Shown: positions 31,245-32,104 of the stretch, one piece after another | Layout: each line of letters begins with the position of its first letter | How positions within the stretch are numbered: position 1 is the stretch's first letter | Origin: Actinomycetota bacterium | GTDB lineage: Bacteria > Actinomycetota > Humimicrobiia > Humimicrobiales > Humimicrobiaceae | DNA length: 32,104 nt | Direction: 5' to 3' | Assembly (NCBI GenBank): GCA_003563375.1 | Contig: PWSB01000204.1 | Location: 1 to 32,104 of the forward strand | Made by a program: the position numbers and the translations under genes | The notes under the pieces: model-generated | The model's database searches: none | What the model was told of the DNA's origin: nothing | What the model saw: only the letters and a program-made list of their open reading frames with translations

Positions 31245-32104
31245 ATGAGTCTTTATATAAAAGGGGGGAAAGTATTTTTACCGGATAAATCAATGTCATA
31301 TAATACCCTGCTAATAGAAGGCAAGCTAATAAGCGGGATAATTCCAACCGAATACAGACCTGGAAGCAAGGATAAAGTAATAGATGCAACCGGGATGATG
31401 TTAGTCCCTGGTTTTATAGATATTCACATCCATGGAGCCTTTGGCAAAGACAGCATAGAGGGTACTTGTGAGTCTATTAAAACGATCGGGAGGTTTATTT
31501 CCTCTCATGGCACTACGTCATACTTGCCGACGATCGGAACCTTTGAGTCAGGGTTGGTAATGAAATCTATACATAATATAATGGCCTGCACTCCTCCTGA
31601 AGATGGTGCCAGGCAACTAGGCGTTCATATCGAAGGCCCGTATCTTAATGTCGAACATAGAGGGGCCCAGCAAAAAGACATGATCAGAAGCCCCGATCCT
31701 TCCGAATATCAAGAATGGCTAGAGACTGAGGCTGTAAAATTGGTTACAATCGCACCGGAAGTCGAAAATGCCCTCGATTTCATTGATTTAGGCACAAAAC
31801 AAGGCGTGGAATTCGCAATAGGGCATAGTGGGGCAAGATATGAGCAGGTAATCGAGGCTGTTGAACATGGCCTCAGACAGGCTTCTCATTTATATAATGG
31901 TATGTCCGGGCTCCATCACAGAGCTCCCGGACCGGTGGGAGCCATTCTAACAGATGACCGGATCTTTGCCCAGATCATTGCCGATGGTGTCCACGTACAT
32001 CCGGCAATGGTTAAGCTTGCGGTTTTGGCCAAAGGTGTATCCAGGATAATTCTTATCTCTGATAGTATCCCCGGAACAGGGTTAGATGATGGAGATTATG
32101 ACTA
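31245..32104 (+). CDS. nagA: N-acetylglucosamine-6-phosphate deacetylase (binuclear H-x-H subtype), 3'-truncated by the window end
   Basis: This open frame is absent from the ORF track because it has no stop in the window. My hand translation gives MSLYIKGGKVFLPD...VPGFIDIHIHGAFG...HIEGPYL...IGHSGA...SHLYNGM...IADGVHVHP...LISDS. SD AGGAGGG lies at 31234-31240. Confidence 0.85.
   Translation, partial: MSLYIKGGKVFLPDKSMSYNTLLIEGKLISGIIPTEYRPGSKDKVIDATGMMLVPGFIDIHIHGAFGKDSIEGTCESIKTIGRFISSHGTTSYLPTIGTFESGLVMKSIHNIMACTPPEDGARQLGVHIEGPYLNVEHRGAQQKDMIRSPDPSEYQEWLETEAVKLVTIAPEVENALDFIDLGTKQGVEFAIGHSGARYEQVIEAVEHGLRQASHLYNGMSGLHHRAPGPVGAILTDDRIFAQIIADGVHVHPAMVKLAVLAKGVSRIILISDSIPGTGLDDGDYD

Overview
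This is a 32.1-kb AT-rich bacterial window made up almost entirely of carbohydrate uptake and catabolism genes. I found no rRNA, tRNA, CRISPR array, transposase or integrase. From left to right it contains: (1) a wHTH-nucleotidyltransferase/HEPN toxin-antitoxin-like pair at the left edge. (2) A minus-strand PfkB kinase plus double-SIS operon, divergent from a LacI-family regulator. (3) A long plus-strand operon: URO-D-like protein, CUT2-type ABC transporter (lipoprotein SBP, fused two-domain ATPase, permease), GH4 glycosidase, galK, and a galT whose frame carries one in-frame TAA. (4) A convergent ROK-family regulator, divergent from a nine-gene co-directional cluster: UxaE-like epimerase, SDR reductase, gnd, KdgK-like PfkB kinase, LarA-like protein with the nickel-pincer residues in place, UPF0309-type SIS protein, acetamidase/formamidase, and a mononuclear-type NagA-like amidohydrolase. 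(5) nagB on the minus strand. (6) A 650-bp intergenic region followed by a second CUT2 ABC locus (lipoprotein SBP, permease, single-domain ATPase) abutting an FGGY kinase, then a second URO-D-like paralogue and a binuclear-type nagA cut by the window end. The best candidates for new biology are the URO-D/MT2-fold paralogues recruited twice to sugar transporters, and the nine-gene sugar-acid/amide cluster that joins UxaE, LarA-like, SIS, formamidase-like and NagA-like enzymes. Several cis-elements are visible directly: a 24-nt element present twice in inverted orientation, a 32-bp palindrome over a promoter, LacI-type palindromes, and stem-loops after both SBP genes. All functional calls come from motif recognition by eye, with no database search, and all need HMM or structure confirmation.
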